A stretch of DNA of 64,000 nucleotides from Glaucostegus cemiculus (Eukaryota). The notes under the pieces were generated by a model. It was not told the DNA's origin and made no database searches. It was given only the letters and a program-made list of their open reading frames with translations. Positions 36,797 to 49,976 of the stretch are shown here, piece by piece (position 1 is the stretch's first letter; every line of letters begins with the position of its first letter). Both the position numbers and the translations under genes were made by a program. The stretch spans positions 682,001 through 746,000 of the forward strand of contig CDPCPM010000571.1 in NCBI GenBank assembly GCA_976551045.1, in the 5' to 3' direction.

Positions 36797-37090
36797 TAAG
36801 ATAAAATAAGATCTTTATTAGTCACATATACATCGAAACACACAGTGAAATACACCTTTTGCGTAGTGATTTTGGAGGGCAGCTCGCAAGTGTCGCCATA
36901 CTTCCGACGCCAACATAGCGTGCCCACAACTTCCTAACCTTTGGAATGTGGCAGGAAACCAGAGCACCCGGAGGAAACCCACAAGACACAGGGAGAACAT
37001 GCAAAAACTCCTTGCAGGCAGTGGCTGGATTTGAACCCGGGTCGCTGGCGCTGTAAAACATTATGCTAACCACTATGCTACTGTGCCGTC
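36797..37090 (-). mobile_element. V-SINE subfamily A
   Basis: Full antisense copy. Confidence 0.9.
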
Positions 37091-37341
37091 CCAGGACAAA
37101 GAGGGACAAAGAAGAAAATAGTCCAGTCAACTCACTTGGCCCATGCTGTCATTACCCTGTACACATACATCCTCCAAGGTTATACCTCCTCCAGTGTCAT
37201 GGTGAGAGAGCTCTGAGCAAAAGGTGCAGAAAATCCAGCACACAGCATAAGGATTCTTTTCTCCCTGAGAATTGGTCACCATCAGCAAGTCCTCCAGATA
37301 TTCCCCTGAGAAGCTGTTAGTGTGCCATCTCCTTTAGGTAA

Positions 37342-37585
37342 CACACAGAAAACGCTGGAGGAACTCAGCGGGTCAGGCAGCATCTAGAGAGAGGACAGTT
37401 GGCGTTTCGGATTGAGACTCTTCATCTGGATAGATAGAGGTGGTGGTGGAGAGAGAGCCAGTGTAAAATGGTGGAAGGAAGGGGCGGAGCAAGAACTAGC
37501 AAGTGATAGGCAGATCCAGCTGAGGAGGCAGTGATAGGCAGATAGAGGAGGAGAGAATGGGAATGGTACCAGAAGCTGGAAGGTG
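37342..37585 (-). mobile_element. Penelope-like pLTR with a decayed hammerhead
   Basis: Minus strand at 37398-37430: CAGAUGA-AGAGUCUCAAUCC-GAAACGCC. Confidence 0.7.
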
Positions 37586-37741
37586 TTTCAGCTTCACTGA
37601 TAAGCCAGTTAGTGCCAACTTAATCTCTTCAAGTCCATGAACACCACATCAACTGCATTACCCTCATCAACTTTATCTGTTACTTCATCCAAGAGTTCTA
37701 TCACATTGGTTAACTTTACCCTTAACAAATCTGTGCTGGCA

Positions 37742-38045
37742 GGCATGGTGGTGTAGCAGTTAGTGTGATGCAATTACAGCGCCAGTGACCCGGGTTCAAT
37801 TCCGGTCACTGTCTGTAAGGCGTTTGTACGTTCTCCCCGTGTCTGCGTGGGTTTCCTCCGGGTGCTCAGGTTTCCACCCACATTCAGAACACGTACAGGT
37901 TAGGAAGTTGTGGGCATGCTATGTTGGTGCCAGAAGCGTGGCGACACTTGTGGGCTGCCCCCTGAACACTCTGCACAAAAAGATGCATTTCACTGTGTGT
38001 TTCAATGTACATCCGACTAATAAAGATATCTTAAAAATCTTATCT
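37742..38045 (+). mobile_element. V-SINE subfamily A
   Basis: Full copy. Confidence 0.9.
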
Positions 38046-38329
38046 TTATTTCATCCATTTTCCTCCAGGTGACCATTAATCCTGTCCCAAATCAATGTTT
38101 CCCACCACAGGGTTAAACGGACTGACCTTTAGTTCCTCGATCTTTTCTTTGAACATTCTTAAACTTATTTCCTCCGACCTCCCTTTAATCTCTTCCCATG
38201 ACGGAGCTCCAGAGTTCACCTAGAGAAACAAAGGACTGCAGACGCTGGAATATCGAGATGAAAAACACGATGATGCTGGAGATACTTAGCACGTCAGGCA
38301 GCGTCCGTGGAGGGAAGCAGGCGGTCCAA

Positions 38330-38770
38330 GTCTAATGTGGCCTGCCCAGTGTCAGTACTGGGGATGTCTGGGAACTGGAACTGGTTCTCTTCTGCAGTAC
38401 TTGGTGAAATTTGGGAAAAATTCTTCCAGTGTCTTGGAGTGTCTGCTGCAGCTAGTCTGGGCAGCAGAACCATCTAGAAGGGCAGGGATCACTGCTGGCC
38501 AGTAGAACATGAATTTTGAGCCTAGTCTGGGGTCTTGATCTTCAAACTCCCTTCCCTTCAATTAACCAGAGGCTGCGCTGGGTTCCTTGAAGCAGTGGTG
38601 AATTCGAGCACAAACCCGTCTCCCGTGTTTGATGATGTTAGGTTCTTTAATGGTTGGCCGAAGCTGAGCCCCGTGCTCTCAACGCTTGGCCGGCTGGCGC
38701 GGAGGTCAAGCGGACCAGAGAGTGTTCCTGCGGTCTTCCTGAGCCTGGTGAAGATGGCCAACTGTGGTCT
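38330..38770 (-). mobile_element. Degenerate RTE-clade LINE ORF fragment
   Basis: REFEDQDPRLGSKFMFYWPAVIPALLDGS...SRHSKTLEE resembles the RTE motif 'VFxDxDLxxxTKxxVYxAxVxPxLLYGxExW'. Confidence 0.65.
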
Positions 38771-39667
38771 TATCCAGGAATAAGAGGGAGCACGCAGCAA
38801 GTTTCTGGCTGGTCTAACCAGTTTGTAACCCAGGATATAGAATGTCCAATCAGTACAAACCACAGTGTGGGATACTACATTATAAGTTCTCTTTCGCAAA
38901 TTTTTATTGGACAAAGGACGCAAATGTGTGCACAAAATGGAAACCTAACACTGAAGGAAAGTACTGATTGTTCTCTGTTTCATGTGATGCCCATTGATGT
39001 TTTAACTGAGTTGTTTGGTTATTATTATCCCGGGATTATCTTTATGGAGTCTGTATCTATACTTACACTGGTTCTCATCAGCGATCATGTGTGCTGAGAT
39101 TTATATACTGTTGCCAGGGTAACATGTTCTGGTTACCCTCTCCTCTCCACACACCAAGAGCAAAGCTTCCCTCTCTGCTGAGTGCAGCTCAGACACTGCT
39201 GCCCGTCCCCGGGTTGTGACTCTACATATGATGAAAGCCAGCACACAGCATCACCAGGCAGAGATGAACGCAGCTGCTGTGCTGGTGAATGGAACAATAT
39301 AACACTCCTTGTTTCCACTGAGTTACAGACCCTTCTGACGTGGATTATATAATTGTATATATCAGGTAACAGCCTGCTCCAAAGCCTTAGACTTCAGATA
39401 TTGCTGGGGAAATTTGACTAGGTCATTAAGGAAAAGTGTTTGATTGTTTATTAAATCAAGAAGGGCAAGGTGATGTGAATTAGCAAGTCAAACCGATTCA
39501 TTATATTCAAAATCTTGTGATGGAATAGTTTTCAGGCTCCTTCATCTGATCCTTTCAACATTCCACTCCTGAAAGGGAGGAATCCTTATGTTTGTATCCA
39601 GTGGCATTTCTCGGTACCTTGACTTCAATGTCTACACTCCAATAGGGAGGCAGTACATTCTCCTTTA

Positions 39668-39669
<2 letters not shown>

Positions 39670-39708
<39 letters not shown>

Positions 39709-39730
39709 TGTGTGTGTGTGTGTGTGTGTG
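39670..39730. repeat. (TG)n microsatellite
   Basis: Read directly from the sequence. Confidence 0.98.
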
Positions 39731-40309
39731 GAGGAATCAAGATCAAGTTATCATTACCTTAAGCTTACAGCCAAGCTGTCCCAGTGTGGCGCCAGGAACC
39801 ACTTCTTCTCACAGTGGGGTACTGGAAGTCTGAAATGCTCTCTCTTCTGTAAAAGGCCTCTCGAGGCTGAGCAACAAGAGGGAAGGGTGATTGCCTCCCC
39901 TTCGTGGGGTGCTGGATTGCAGGATGTAGTGCTCTCAGTGCAAAGCTCTACTGGAGAATTCAGGCAGTTGAGGGCCACTGGATGCAAACTGGGTTCATCA
40001 GCTGCAAGAAACACTGAAGCCTTGCACCCCAAGCTCTGACGTGTGATCTGCCTCCCACCGGGACGTTTCGGTCATTGATTATCCACATAGGACATTGAGT
40101 CTGATGTGGCATTGTGGTCAAAGACCTTGTCTTGTCTTGGTACAGTGCATTCTGTATACAGTCCACAGGGCAATTATCACCAGGTCCATTAGCAAGGTTC
40201 ATGTCCCAAAATGCTTTATTGAAGAAATGACCCACATCTGCACCATGTTCTCTGCAGAGTCCTTTGTACACACCCAGTATGTCCCAGAGTAATGTGTGCC
40301 CAAAGTAGC

Positions 40310-41045
40310 ACTTGTGTGCATGGCAGATAGTCAGAATCTTTTTCCCATGCTAGGGGTGTCAAAAACAGGATGGTGTAGGTTTAAGGTGAGAGGGAGTTTT
40401 AAGAGTGATCTGAGGGGTAACCTTTTCACAGAGAGAGTGGTTGATATCTGGAACGTGCTGTCAGAGGAGGTGGCAGAATCAGATACAATCATTTAAGAGA
40501 CATTTCAAGGGGCGCTTGAATAGACAAGGCATAGAAAGATACAGTCCTAATACGGGTAAATGGGATGAGTGTCACAATGTTGATTGAAGAGCAAGCTCAC
40601 AGAGAACCCAAATGCAGCACACTGGTACACGACTGGAGTCAGGATACTTCCTCAGGACCAAACACAGGCAGCAACTGGAAGGAAATCTTGCCTCAAAGAT
40701 CTGAGTAGTAATCCCAACACAAACTGAATCTTCAAGCAGGACTAGAGAACACAGGACTGCTCTGGAGTAGACCACTCTAAGCAGCTAGGAGCCAAAGGTT
40801 GACCAATCCTCTGGCAACTAGTGCTAGAGAAACCCAGGTACTTATGCTAGGCCCCTGATGGGGCTCAGGTGTGTGTCATTCTGCAATCAGTCCAGCATGG
40901 AATCCATGTGCTGTACAACGAGGCATCTAAGGAGCCAAATCAAGGGCCAGTACTCAGAACCATGACAATGAGCGTAGATGGGCAAAAAGGTTAGCATGAC
41001 CCAGTCGGGCTGAATGGCCTATCTCTGTGCTGCATGACTCTGTGA
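40310..41045 (+). mobile_element. CR1 3' fragment split by the solo LTR
   Basis: DSQNLFPMLGVSK...LRGNLFTERVVDIWNVL; the 3'UTR resumes at 40968. Confidence 0.85.
40570..40967 (-). mobile_element. Solo LTR, 398 bp, perfect 5-bp TSD
   Basis: TGTCA...TGACA termini; ATGAG at 40565-40569 and 40968-40972. Confidence 0.9.
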
Positions 41046-42436
41046 AGTGTAATGGGGAAGCGCAGCAGCATGTTCACACACAGCAAGACTCCATTGGACA
41101 GAGGGGTGCTGTTGCTGCTGGTTAGGGGATGAATGTTGTCCAGCCCACACCAGAGGAACTACCCCACCTCTTCTTACGATACAGCCAAGGTCACCATTTA
41201 ATCTTCCTCCCGGAGAGATAACACCTCAGCCTGATGGTTCAGCACTCCCCCAGCGCTTCTCCTTCGCCAGCACTGTCTTCCCTCAGTACTAATTCTCTAA
41301 AGATCCCTCTACTCTGTCCCTCACCACAGTGATAACCTGTGAGACACTGCTCTGCTCCCCACCTGTAAACACGATCAGTGTTGGGAGAGGCAAGGAAACA
41401 GACGACAAAGCTTACTCGGGATAAAAACTCTGGGAAATGTCTCTCCCACCGCCTTAGGCAATTGAAACTAGTTCAGGAGATGACTCTGGGTAACTCCTTC
41501 AGTACCTACCTAATGGACGAGGTATGCCTTCTGTGCATATCAGCCACTAATTCCCAGCTCTCCCTGAAGGCATCAGGTCTGGCACATACAGAGTGGGCAC
41601 AGGCGAGGACATGATGGGGCAGAGTAGGGGAGTGGATAGGATGACGGAGAACCCATGTTGATCCATCAGGTGATGATGCTGCACAAACAGAATGAAAGAT
41701 AATAGTCTGTGTTTGGTGCAAGGTCCCATCAGGGCCATACATTTGGAAGCACACTTTCCCAGGCACTGTCCATGGCAGTGAGAAAGGGTCCATTACGGCT
41801 TAAAGAGAGTGCGTAGACCTGTGTGACATCGATATATGATCAATGAAAGCCACACTCACAGCCAAGAAGTAAACTAAATGATCACAGTGATGGATTACGT
41901 GAGAGTTGAGAGCGGCTTTTAGAACTGGAACTGGTCATGTGAGCTGAATAACTGCTCGTGGTGGAGACCGCCAGTCTGCCCTATTCCACGTGGCATATAC
42001 CGTCAGGAATCCGTCGCTCCCAAACACCTTTTGCCCTAACGTCAGTTTTCCAACAGAAACTGCGTGGCAGCACAGGAAAGGTTTAGAAGGTTATGGGCCA
42101 AGTGCAGGCAAGTGAGACTAGCTTGGATGGGCATCTTGGTTGGCATGAACCAGTGTTTCTGTGCTGACTCTATGACACAAGGGCACAAAGGTTGGTGCTG
42201 CCTCACAGAGACCGGCGTTCGCTCCCGACCTTGGTTGCTGTCTATGTAGAGTCTGCACGTTCTTCGTGACCATGTGTGTCTCCCCCCCACCCCCCCCACC
42301 CCCCCCAGGTGATCCAGTTACCTCCCAAATCCTGAAGATGTGCAGGGCTGGTAATTGGCTAACTGGCAGCTGTAAGTTTCCCCTAGTTTGCAGGTGAGTG
42401 GTAGAATCTGGGGAAATGTTCCTGGGAAAGTGGGCA

Positions 42437-42735
42437 GGCAGGGTAGTGTAGCGGTTAGTGTAACGCTTTACAGCGCCAGCGACCCGGGTTCAATTCCGGC
42501 CACTGTCTGTAAGGAGTTTGTACATTCTCCCCGTGTGTCTGTGTGGGTTTCCTCCGGGTGCTCCGGTTCCCTCCCACATTCCAAAGACGTACGGGTTAGG
42601 AAAGTTGTGGGCGTGCTATGTGGGCGCCGGAAGCATGGCGACACTTGTGGGCTGCCCCCCAGCACATTCTACGCAAAAGATGCATTTCACTGTGTGTTTC
42701 GTTGTACTTGTGACTAATAAAGAAACCTTATCTAA
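42437..42735 (+). mobile_element. V-SINE A nested in an HE1-like SINE (host about 42181-42835)
   Basis: Full A copy; the host tail resumes afterwards. Confidence 0.88.
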
Positions 42736-43084
42736 TAAAATGAGGATTATCGTAGGGTTGGTGTAGATGGGTGGTTGATAATTGGTGTGGACAGTGTGCT
42801 GAAGGAGCTGTTTCTCTGCCGTATCCCTCTATGACTCCATAGTTCTATGAAGCCCTCTAATTCAGGAAAATCAGGGACGCTGGCTGTCCTGGATAGGCGA
42901 CACACATCACACTGAGCGACAGTATGTCCTCTGTATGGTACGATTACCTCAGTCACTCCCAGTGGCTCTCATGGTCAGTAGATACCACTGAGTCTCATGG
43001 ACTAGACATTACTCAGGCCCAGCAATGGATAAGGGGGTGCAGTGTAACCCCAGCTCGTGATCTACAGCTACTACAACCTCTGCC

Positions 43085-43262
43085 CTCTGTCCCTTCCTTC
43101 CCTCCCCTCCTGCTCTGAGTAGCCCCCTCCCATTTCAGGTTCTTCCTCCCTCCCTTTTCCCTCCAGTCCCCTCCTCTTCCTTCCCCCCCTTCCCGGTTCT
43201 CCCCTCCCCCCCACCCCTCCAACTTCCCCGCATACCCTCCTACCCCTTCCCCCTCTCCCTCT
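43085..43262. repeat. Polypyrimidine low-complexity tract
   Basis: Mostly C and T. Confidence 0.85.
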
Positions 43263-45189
43263 AAGACTGAGCACGGTTCAGTGCTGTTCCTGAGCACCTA
43301 CAGGCAGCTGTGATTTAGTGCTGGTGTTTAGTGCGGCTGCCTCTGGTTGGACTCCAGCCGGTAATGCAATGCGGGTCTGGCAGGGCGGATAAACACTTTG
43401 GAGATAAACATTTTTAGCAGAGAGATGAGCCATTAATCTGCCGCTGTTTGAGTAATGAAGGACATGCCTGGACTGTAAAACCCACACAGGTGAAAACTCA
43501 GGGCCGGGGGCTGAGCTCACTCCTTTCGTTAGACTTTGATTCTCTGAAGTCAAAAGAGAAATCCAAAAATTTACGACAGGGGAGGCCATTCAGCCCATTG
43601 TCGGTGCTTCCCCGGCCTGATCCCACCACCCGGCACTGGGTCCGTGGCCCTGTCGATCACGTCAGCCGGAGGAAGTGGTGGAGCCAGGTCCAGTCACTGC
43701 GTTTAGGAGGCGTTTTGACAGGGAAGGGGGTAGGAGGGTATGGTCCTGACGCAGGCAAATGGCCCTGATGGGCAAAAAGGTCGGCATGGACGCATTGAGC
43801 CGAAGATCCACCTCTAGGACCTTTCGAGTACTGTATAAATGTGATGTGAGTTTCTGCCTCCCCCCTCTCTCTGGCAGGGAGTCCCACACCCCACCACCCT
43901 CTTGGTGAAATATCTCCCCTCGTCTCCCCTTTTAATCCTTCTTTAAATCAATTCCTCCTGGTTTTTGATGCCTCTGCTGAGGGAAATTTATCTTTCCTAT
44001 TTACTCCTGTCTTGGCGCAGCATGATTTTACAGACTTTAATTACGCCTCCTCTCAGCCTTCTCATAAACTATTCTGGCCTATCCGATCTTTTCCTCACAG
44101 CTACAACTTTCCAGTCCTGGATACTCCCTCATGTTAATCCCCCCCCATCCCTTGCACCCTCGCCAATGCAATCACATCCTTCCTGTAAAGTGGTGAGCAG
44201 AGCCATCTACAGTATGCGAGCTGTGGTCTAACTAGCGTTCCAGTATGACCTCCCTACCCTTATATTCTATTACTTGCATCCATTTTTGTTAGACCCGAAC
44301 ATCACCAGCTAGACCAATATTTATTGTCGGTTCCTCATTGCCCTTGAGAAGGTGGTAGTGAGTGGCTACATTGGACCTCTGTAGTTCTTCAAGGAGAGTA
44401 CCTCGCACAGTGTCGTTGGGCAGGGGAGTTCCAGGATTTAGAGTCACCTCCTAAGAAGGAGTTGTGAAGGGTTTCCGAATCTGGATGGTGTACAACTGGG
44501 AGAGGAGCCTGCAGGTGATGGTGTACCATGTACCTGCCGCCCTTGTCCGTCTGAGGACTGGGAGGTACTGATGGAATAGTCTGGGTCAGTAACTACAGCA
44601 CATTCTGCAGCCGGTCGTAGGACCCTGCCCTGAGGATCTCCCGCAGTGATGTACTGGGGCTGGATGATTGACCTCGGACATCCACAATCTCCTTCCTCTG
44701 TGTGAGGTGTGACTCCAACCGTTGGAGTGTTTTCCTCTTCACGCTTTCCTGCTCCTCTTCAGTTTGACCTCTGTTTTATCCGGGCTTTTTGATGCCACAC
44801 TCGGTCAAACACTGCCATGATATGAAGGATCGAGGGCTAATAAAGGAAAGTTACTGGGTGACATTTTAACCACCTCAACAACCTGTCCTTCTGCCTTTGA
44901 CGGTCCATGGACCTGCCCTCCCTAGGTCACCCCGTCCTCATACTCTTTCCTGCCATTTATTGTCCACCTCCATGTATTCCATTTGCCCAGTTGACCAGAC
45001 CGTTTATATCTCCTTGCCATCTGAAGCTTCCCTGCTCAGCACACAACCAATTTTCGTGACGCCTGCCAACTTCTTTGATCTCGTCTCCCACATTGAAGCC
45101 TAAATCATTCATTTATTCTGAAAACAGAAGGGGGCCCAGACCTGTGTCCTGTAGCTTCCCACTGACGACGGCCTTCTAGCTAATGGGGC

Positions 45190-46260
45190 CGGTAAGGACC
45201 AAAAGACAAGTATAGACCTGGGGCAGGTGGGCAAAGCTAAATCATCACCAAAGCTATCTAGTGGGCTGTGATCTGAGTCCAGAGGGCTGTAAAGTGCCCC
45301 ATCAGGAGAGACTATTCCTCCGGCTTGCCTTCCCCTTCATAGGAGTCCAAGGGTGAAGAGATCAGAGCAGGACTGAGACAGAGGATGAAAGTGAAACGGA
45401 AACTCGGGATCGTGCTTTTGCAAAGTCACCGTCCAATTTACGTCTGGTTTTTCAAATGTGGAAGAGGTGGCGCCTTGGATATAGTCCAGCGGGTATTAAG
45501 TGGAAAGAAATGCAAGTAAGTTACTGTTTCACTGAGGAGGAGTGTTTGAACCTATAGACAAGCAACTTTGTGACCACAAAGGCTGGCTTCAGCTACTTCT
45601 CACAATGAGCTGGTGCCCGTGCAAAGTTAGTTTCTTTTCCCATCGTACTTTCTAAAAGTCTAACTACTAGCTGCCGTTCTAAGCTTGCAGTTCAATGCCA
45701 TGGAAACGGAGGGGCTGCCGAGGTGATTGGAGGATAAACCAGGGGGTCACAAGAAGGAACAGACCCTTTGGGGTGCTGGAGAGGGGGAGCAAAGGGAAGA
45801 TATTGTCGATGGCATCAGATGGGAGGTGGCAAAAGCAGGAAGGGGATAGCCTGTTGGTTGCCAGGGGTGATGAGGACCCGGGGAATCCTGTGGTGGTCCT
45901 AAAAGCAAGTGAAAGGGGTTAGATCAGGTCTGCAGAAATGGGAGAGATGCAGTCAAGGGCCCTGTTAGTCACAGTGAGGAATGTTCCTCGGTTGAAGGAA
46001 AACTAACGGAAGGTGGTGGTGTCAGAACAGGTGAGACACAAATGGAACAGCTGGAGGAAAAGAATAGGAGGTGGCAGAAGGGAGTGTGTTTAAGAGAGCT
46101 GAGTGGTTCAGTGGGCTGTAGTAGTGCTCTGGGATGGAGAGGTTGAGTTGAGCAAGTGGATCACCATGTGAAAGGGAGCGAGAGGTGGAAATTGGAAGCC
46201 AATCAGCGGAGGTTTTTCGTTGTGGGAAAACAGCGGGAAATCTCGCTGATACATAACGAT
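45190..46260 (-). mobile_element. Degenerate Penelope-like ORF remnant (RT C-terminus and GIY-YIG region)
   Basis: Antisense 'aatttacgtctggtttttcaaatgtggaagagg' (LYIGETKRRL-like) plus flanks recognised as elasmobranch PLE-like; heavily mutated. Confidence 0.55.
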
Positions 46261-47299
46261 TGTTAGCTTTACACTGGGACTTCAAGACGTATGACACCCT
46301 TTACCCAAAACTCCTAGCTGAGAGAAGGTCAGGAAGCAAACAAATGCTGAAGGAAAACACACAATGGAGAGGGTTTTATCCAACCTCAGACTTTGATGGG
46401 GCAGGAAGTAAAATATGGTTTAGATTTACCCAGTTCTCATGTGGAGGGTCAGGTGGTGCTAAATATATGCCTGGTATTCCTGCCAAGCCGAGAGTGATTG
46501 ACAACAAATAGATAAAAATCTAGCCCTGTCAGGACTGGGCAAGACTGCGCTGAACATGGTTAGGTGGCCGGTCCATCTGAGGTTACACTGATGATCTGTT
46601 GGACGTTCAGTGGAGACATTTTGACAACATGGGGTGGGGTGGTGGAGGAAACTGATGGGAGTGTGGGGAGAAAAAAATATGGGATTAATGTAGGATTACT
46701 GTAGACAGATGGTTGGTGATCAGTGTGGACTTGGTGGGCTGAAGGGCTTGTTTCCATGCTGTTATATCTCAAGTATGGCACCTAAAAAAATCTACTTTTA
46801 AATAATTATTACGAATGATTCCAATACTCAGGTAGGGAGTCCTTCCATTTCACACACACACACAGTATTCCTTCAAATACACCAGTATTCCTTCAAATAC
46901 ACCAGTATTCCTTCAAGTACAATTGGGCTGAGAATTAAGCTTCCTTTCATCTTTCCCAACTGCTTATCAACTGTAACCTCAAAGGAACATACTATTGCAA
47001 TTTTTCTATGCACTTCCACATCACAAGAGTCCTTGAGTCCACTGAAGTGTCCCTGAGACATTTTTACTTTTGCAGACACAGTCTCCAGGAACTGGCTTTG
47101 GACACCACAGAATCCACTTTCCTCTCCATTTTGCGGATGTGCCCAGGCCTGTGTGTATTCCCTTCCTTCATGGCTCCTGCTGTCTTGGCTTAATCCCACA
47201 TTCCGGAATGATAATGGAATGCCTGGGTGGGCTGTGACTGGGAGAGAACTTTGGGGATGATGGTACTCCCATTTTAGGAATCGCGCGGTAATCATTAAT

Positions 47300-47640
47300 C
47301 CCCGGTAGGTTAAGGAGAGCTGTAGATAAGGCGAATAGTCATGTTCTTTTCCCCAGGGTAAGGGAGTCTACAACATTAGGGCATAGGCTTAAAGCGAGAG
47401 GGGAAAGATTTAAGAAGGACGTGAGGGGCAACTTTTTCACTCAGAGGGTGGCAGGTATATAGAATGAGTTGCCAGAGGTAGATGTAGAGGCAGACACAAT
47501 TACAATGTTTTAGACAGGTACGTGGATAGGAAAGGTTTAGAGGGATATGGAACAAACACAAATGGAACTAACTCGGGCAGACAACTTGGACGGCATGGAC
47601 AAGTTGGACCGAAGGGCCTATTTCTGTGTTGTATAATGGC
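47300..47640 (+). mobile_element. CR1 3' fragment
   Basis: RGHRLKARGERFKKDVRGNFFTQRV. Confidence 0.85.
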
Positions 47641-48227
47641 TCTGTGAGACTTCCATCTCATCTGACAGGACCAGGTTTAAACCTAGGACCCAGTTTGACT
47701 GGGGAATGTAAAATTCACGCCGGTGTGCGGTTCCCTCAGTCATTCTCTGCCTCGTCCACCTTATGTAGAAGGATGACGATTTTAATTTTTATTCCCTCTT
47801 CCTCCTTCGTCTCTCCCACCATTTTGTGACTAGCCCCAAACCTTATCGCGGTTTAACCAAAAGAATCTAATTTCAGGCTTGTTTTGTTCCCGTAACACGA
47901 GCCTCAACCTTTCCCTGAGCTTTTGTCGGTAAGAACCTGCACTGTATGAAGCAGTAGAATGTGGGCTGTATCGTGGAGTGCACTTTCATTGTGTCTTTGA
48001 GAAGAACAGACTCTCCTCATGCAGTAAGTGCTCTATCAAGGGGAAGATGTCAGATCTCAAGTCCTCTATTCATTGCTTATCTCTTTTGAGTTTCAGCAGA
48101 TTGGTTTAGTAAATGAATTCACTGTGCAGCTGCTATCTTATGCATTTTCTGTTCCAACTGAAAGCACTCAGCGATCCATCTAAGAGTGAATTTTGCATAA
48201 GGCAGACAGGACCTCTTGTATTCTCAC

Positions 48228-48273
48228 CTCTCCCAGCAGTGTGTCCCCCTGCAGCTGGCAGTACACAGCCAGC
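48228..48273 (-). other. Candidate 46-nt exon
   Basis: cattttctcagtctctcag acceptor and GAG|GTGAGA donor; phase 2-0 frame reads LAVYCQLQGDTLLGE. Confidence 0.15.
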
Positions 48274-48644
48274 CTGAGAGACTGAGAAAATGACAGGCCT
48301 TTCATTTCTGTTGTTAACATTTCATTAGCACTTGGACTTCCCTTGGAGAAGTACAAACCCTTCATCAGAAGCTGCTGTCTGAGATATCCTTCTGTGTTTT
48401 AAAGGTGCGTTGTGCACGCCAGCTTGACTTAGCTGGTAGCACTCTCGCCTATATCTCAGCAGAGGGTGGGTTCCAGTTCTGTTCGAACGAGTCCAGGACT
48501 GAAGGTCAGCTGTTTCGTTTGATACCCTTTGTTCTGGTCATGGATTCAATATCTGTCCAGTACGGGTGGAGGTCAAAAGAACCCCCCTGGTACGATCGTG
48601 GGGGGTATCTCTTCCAAGACTGCAGCCAGCATTCCATCCCTGAC

Positions 48645-49170
48645 AACACAGAAAGCATCCTATCTGGATGCATCACGGCTCGGTACGGCAATCGCTCTGC
48701 CCAACACCCCAAGAAATTGCGGAGAGTTGCGGACACAGCTCAATCCATCAGGAAAACCAGCCTCCCTCCCCGCTGCCTCGGGAAAACAGCCGACGTAATC
48801 AAGGAGCCCCGTCCCACCGCCATTCTCTCTTCTCCCCTCTCCTCGCAGGCAGAAGGTGCAAAAGCTTGAAAACATGTACCACTAGGCTCAAGGACAGCTT
48901 CTATCCCACTGCTATAAGGATTTTGAACAGACATTATATGATAAGATGAACTCCTGATCTCTCGATCTACCTCAATGTGGCTCTTGCACCTTATTGTCCA
49001 CCTGCACTGCACTTTCTCTCTGACTGTAACACTACATCTTGCATTTATTATTGTTCTTCCTTGTACCACCTTGATGTACTCCTGCATGGACTGATCTATA
49101 TGGATGGCATGCAAGACAAAGTTCTTCACTGTATCCCGGTGTACGTGATAATAATAAACCAATTACCAAT
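48645..49170 (+). mobile_element. Rex1/Babar LINE 3' fragment (inside an old Deu-SINE)
   Basis: TESILSGCITARYGNRSAQHPKKLRRVADTAQSI...TTRLKDSFYPTAIRILN. Confidence 0.9.
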
Positions 49171-49511
49171 TATCACCAAAGAACTGGTCTTTCACCACAT
49201 TGTTGCTCGTGGGGTCTTGGCATGCCATCCTTCATCACTGTGGCTGGGTACTGGGCTCTAATTTCCCACCTAGCTCCATTGTGAGTGCAGCACGACCACA
49301 ATGGTCCCAGCCACCCGAGGAGAAAGCTCACCACTACATCCTCAAGGGCGGCTGAGCCACAGACAGTAAGGTACCAGCAACAGCCAGGGTGGCTGGTAGA
49401 ACAGCTGCCTCAATCCTGACCTCCAGTGCTGTCTGAGTGGAGTTTGCAAGGTCTCCCAGTGACCGCGTGGGCTTCTTTCAGGTGCTCTGGTTTCCTCCCG
49501 CATCCCAAAGT

Positions 49512-49795
49512 TAAGATAAGATCTTTATTAATCACATGTACATCAAAACACACAGTGAAATACATCTTTCGCGTCGAGTGTTCTGGGGGCAGCCCGCAAG
49601 TGTCTCCACGCTTCCGGCGCCAACACAGCATGTCCACAACTTCCTAACCTGTACGTCTTTGGAATGTAGGAGGAAACCGGAGCACCCAGAGGAAACCCAC
49701 GCAGACACAGGGAGAACATACAAACTCCTTACAGGCAGTGGCCGGATTTGAACCCGGGTCACTGGCACTGTAAAGCGTTGTGCTAACCACTATGC
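49512..49795 (-). mobile_element. V-SINE A nested in an HE1-like SINE
   Basis: Host pieces at 49390-49510 and 49800-49935. Confidence 0.88.
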
Positions 49796-49940
49796 TTTTG
49801 CTGGGGTTAATTGGCCACTGTAAATTGCCCCTAGTGTGTAGGTGAGTGGTAGAATCTGGGGGGGGAGTTGATGGGAACGTGGGGAAAAGGAAATGAGATT
49901 AATGTAGGCGTGTGTCTTTAATGGTTGGAGTGGAGTAAAC

Positions 49941-49976
<36 letters not shown>

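Noticed and set aside
38558-38935. 125-aa ORF as a terminal exon
   Set aside because: It overlaps a degenerate RTE remnant.
39960-40300. 103-aa ORF
   Set aside because: No homology recognised; the opposite strand looks like a very decayed Tx1 fragment.
2566-40967. One giant LTR element spanning 38 kb
   Set aside because: Each LTR has its own TSD and the interior is ordinary host DNA without gag/pol.
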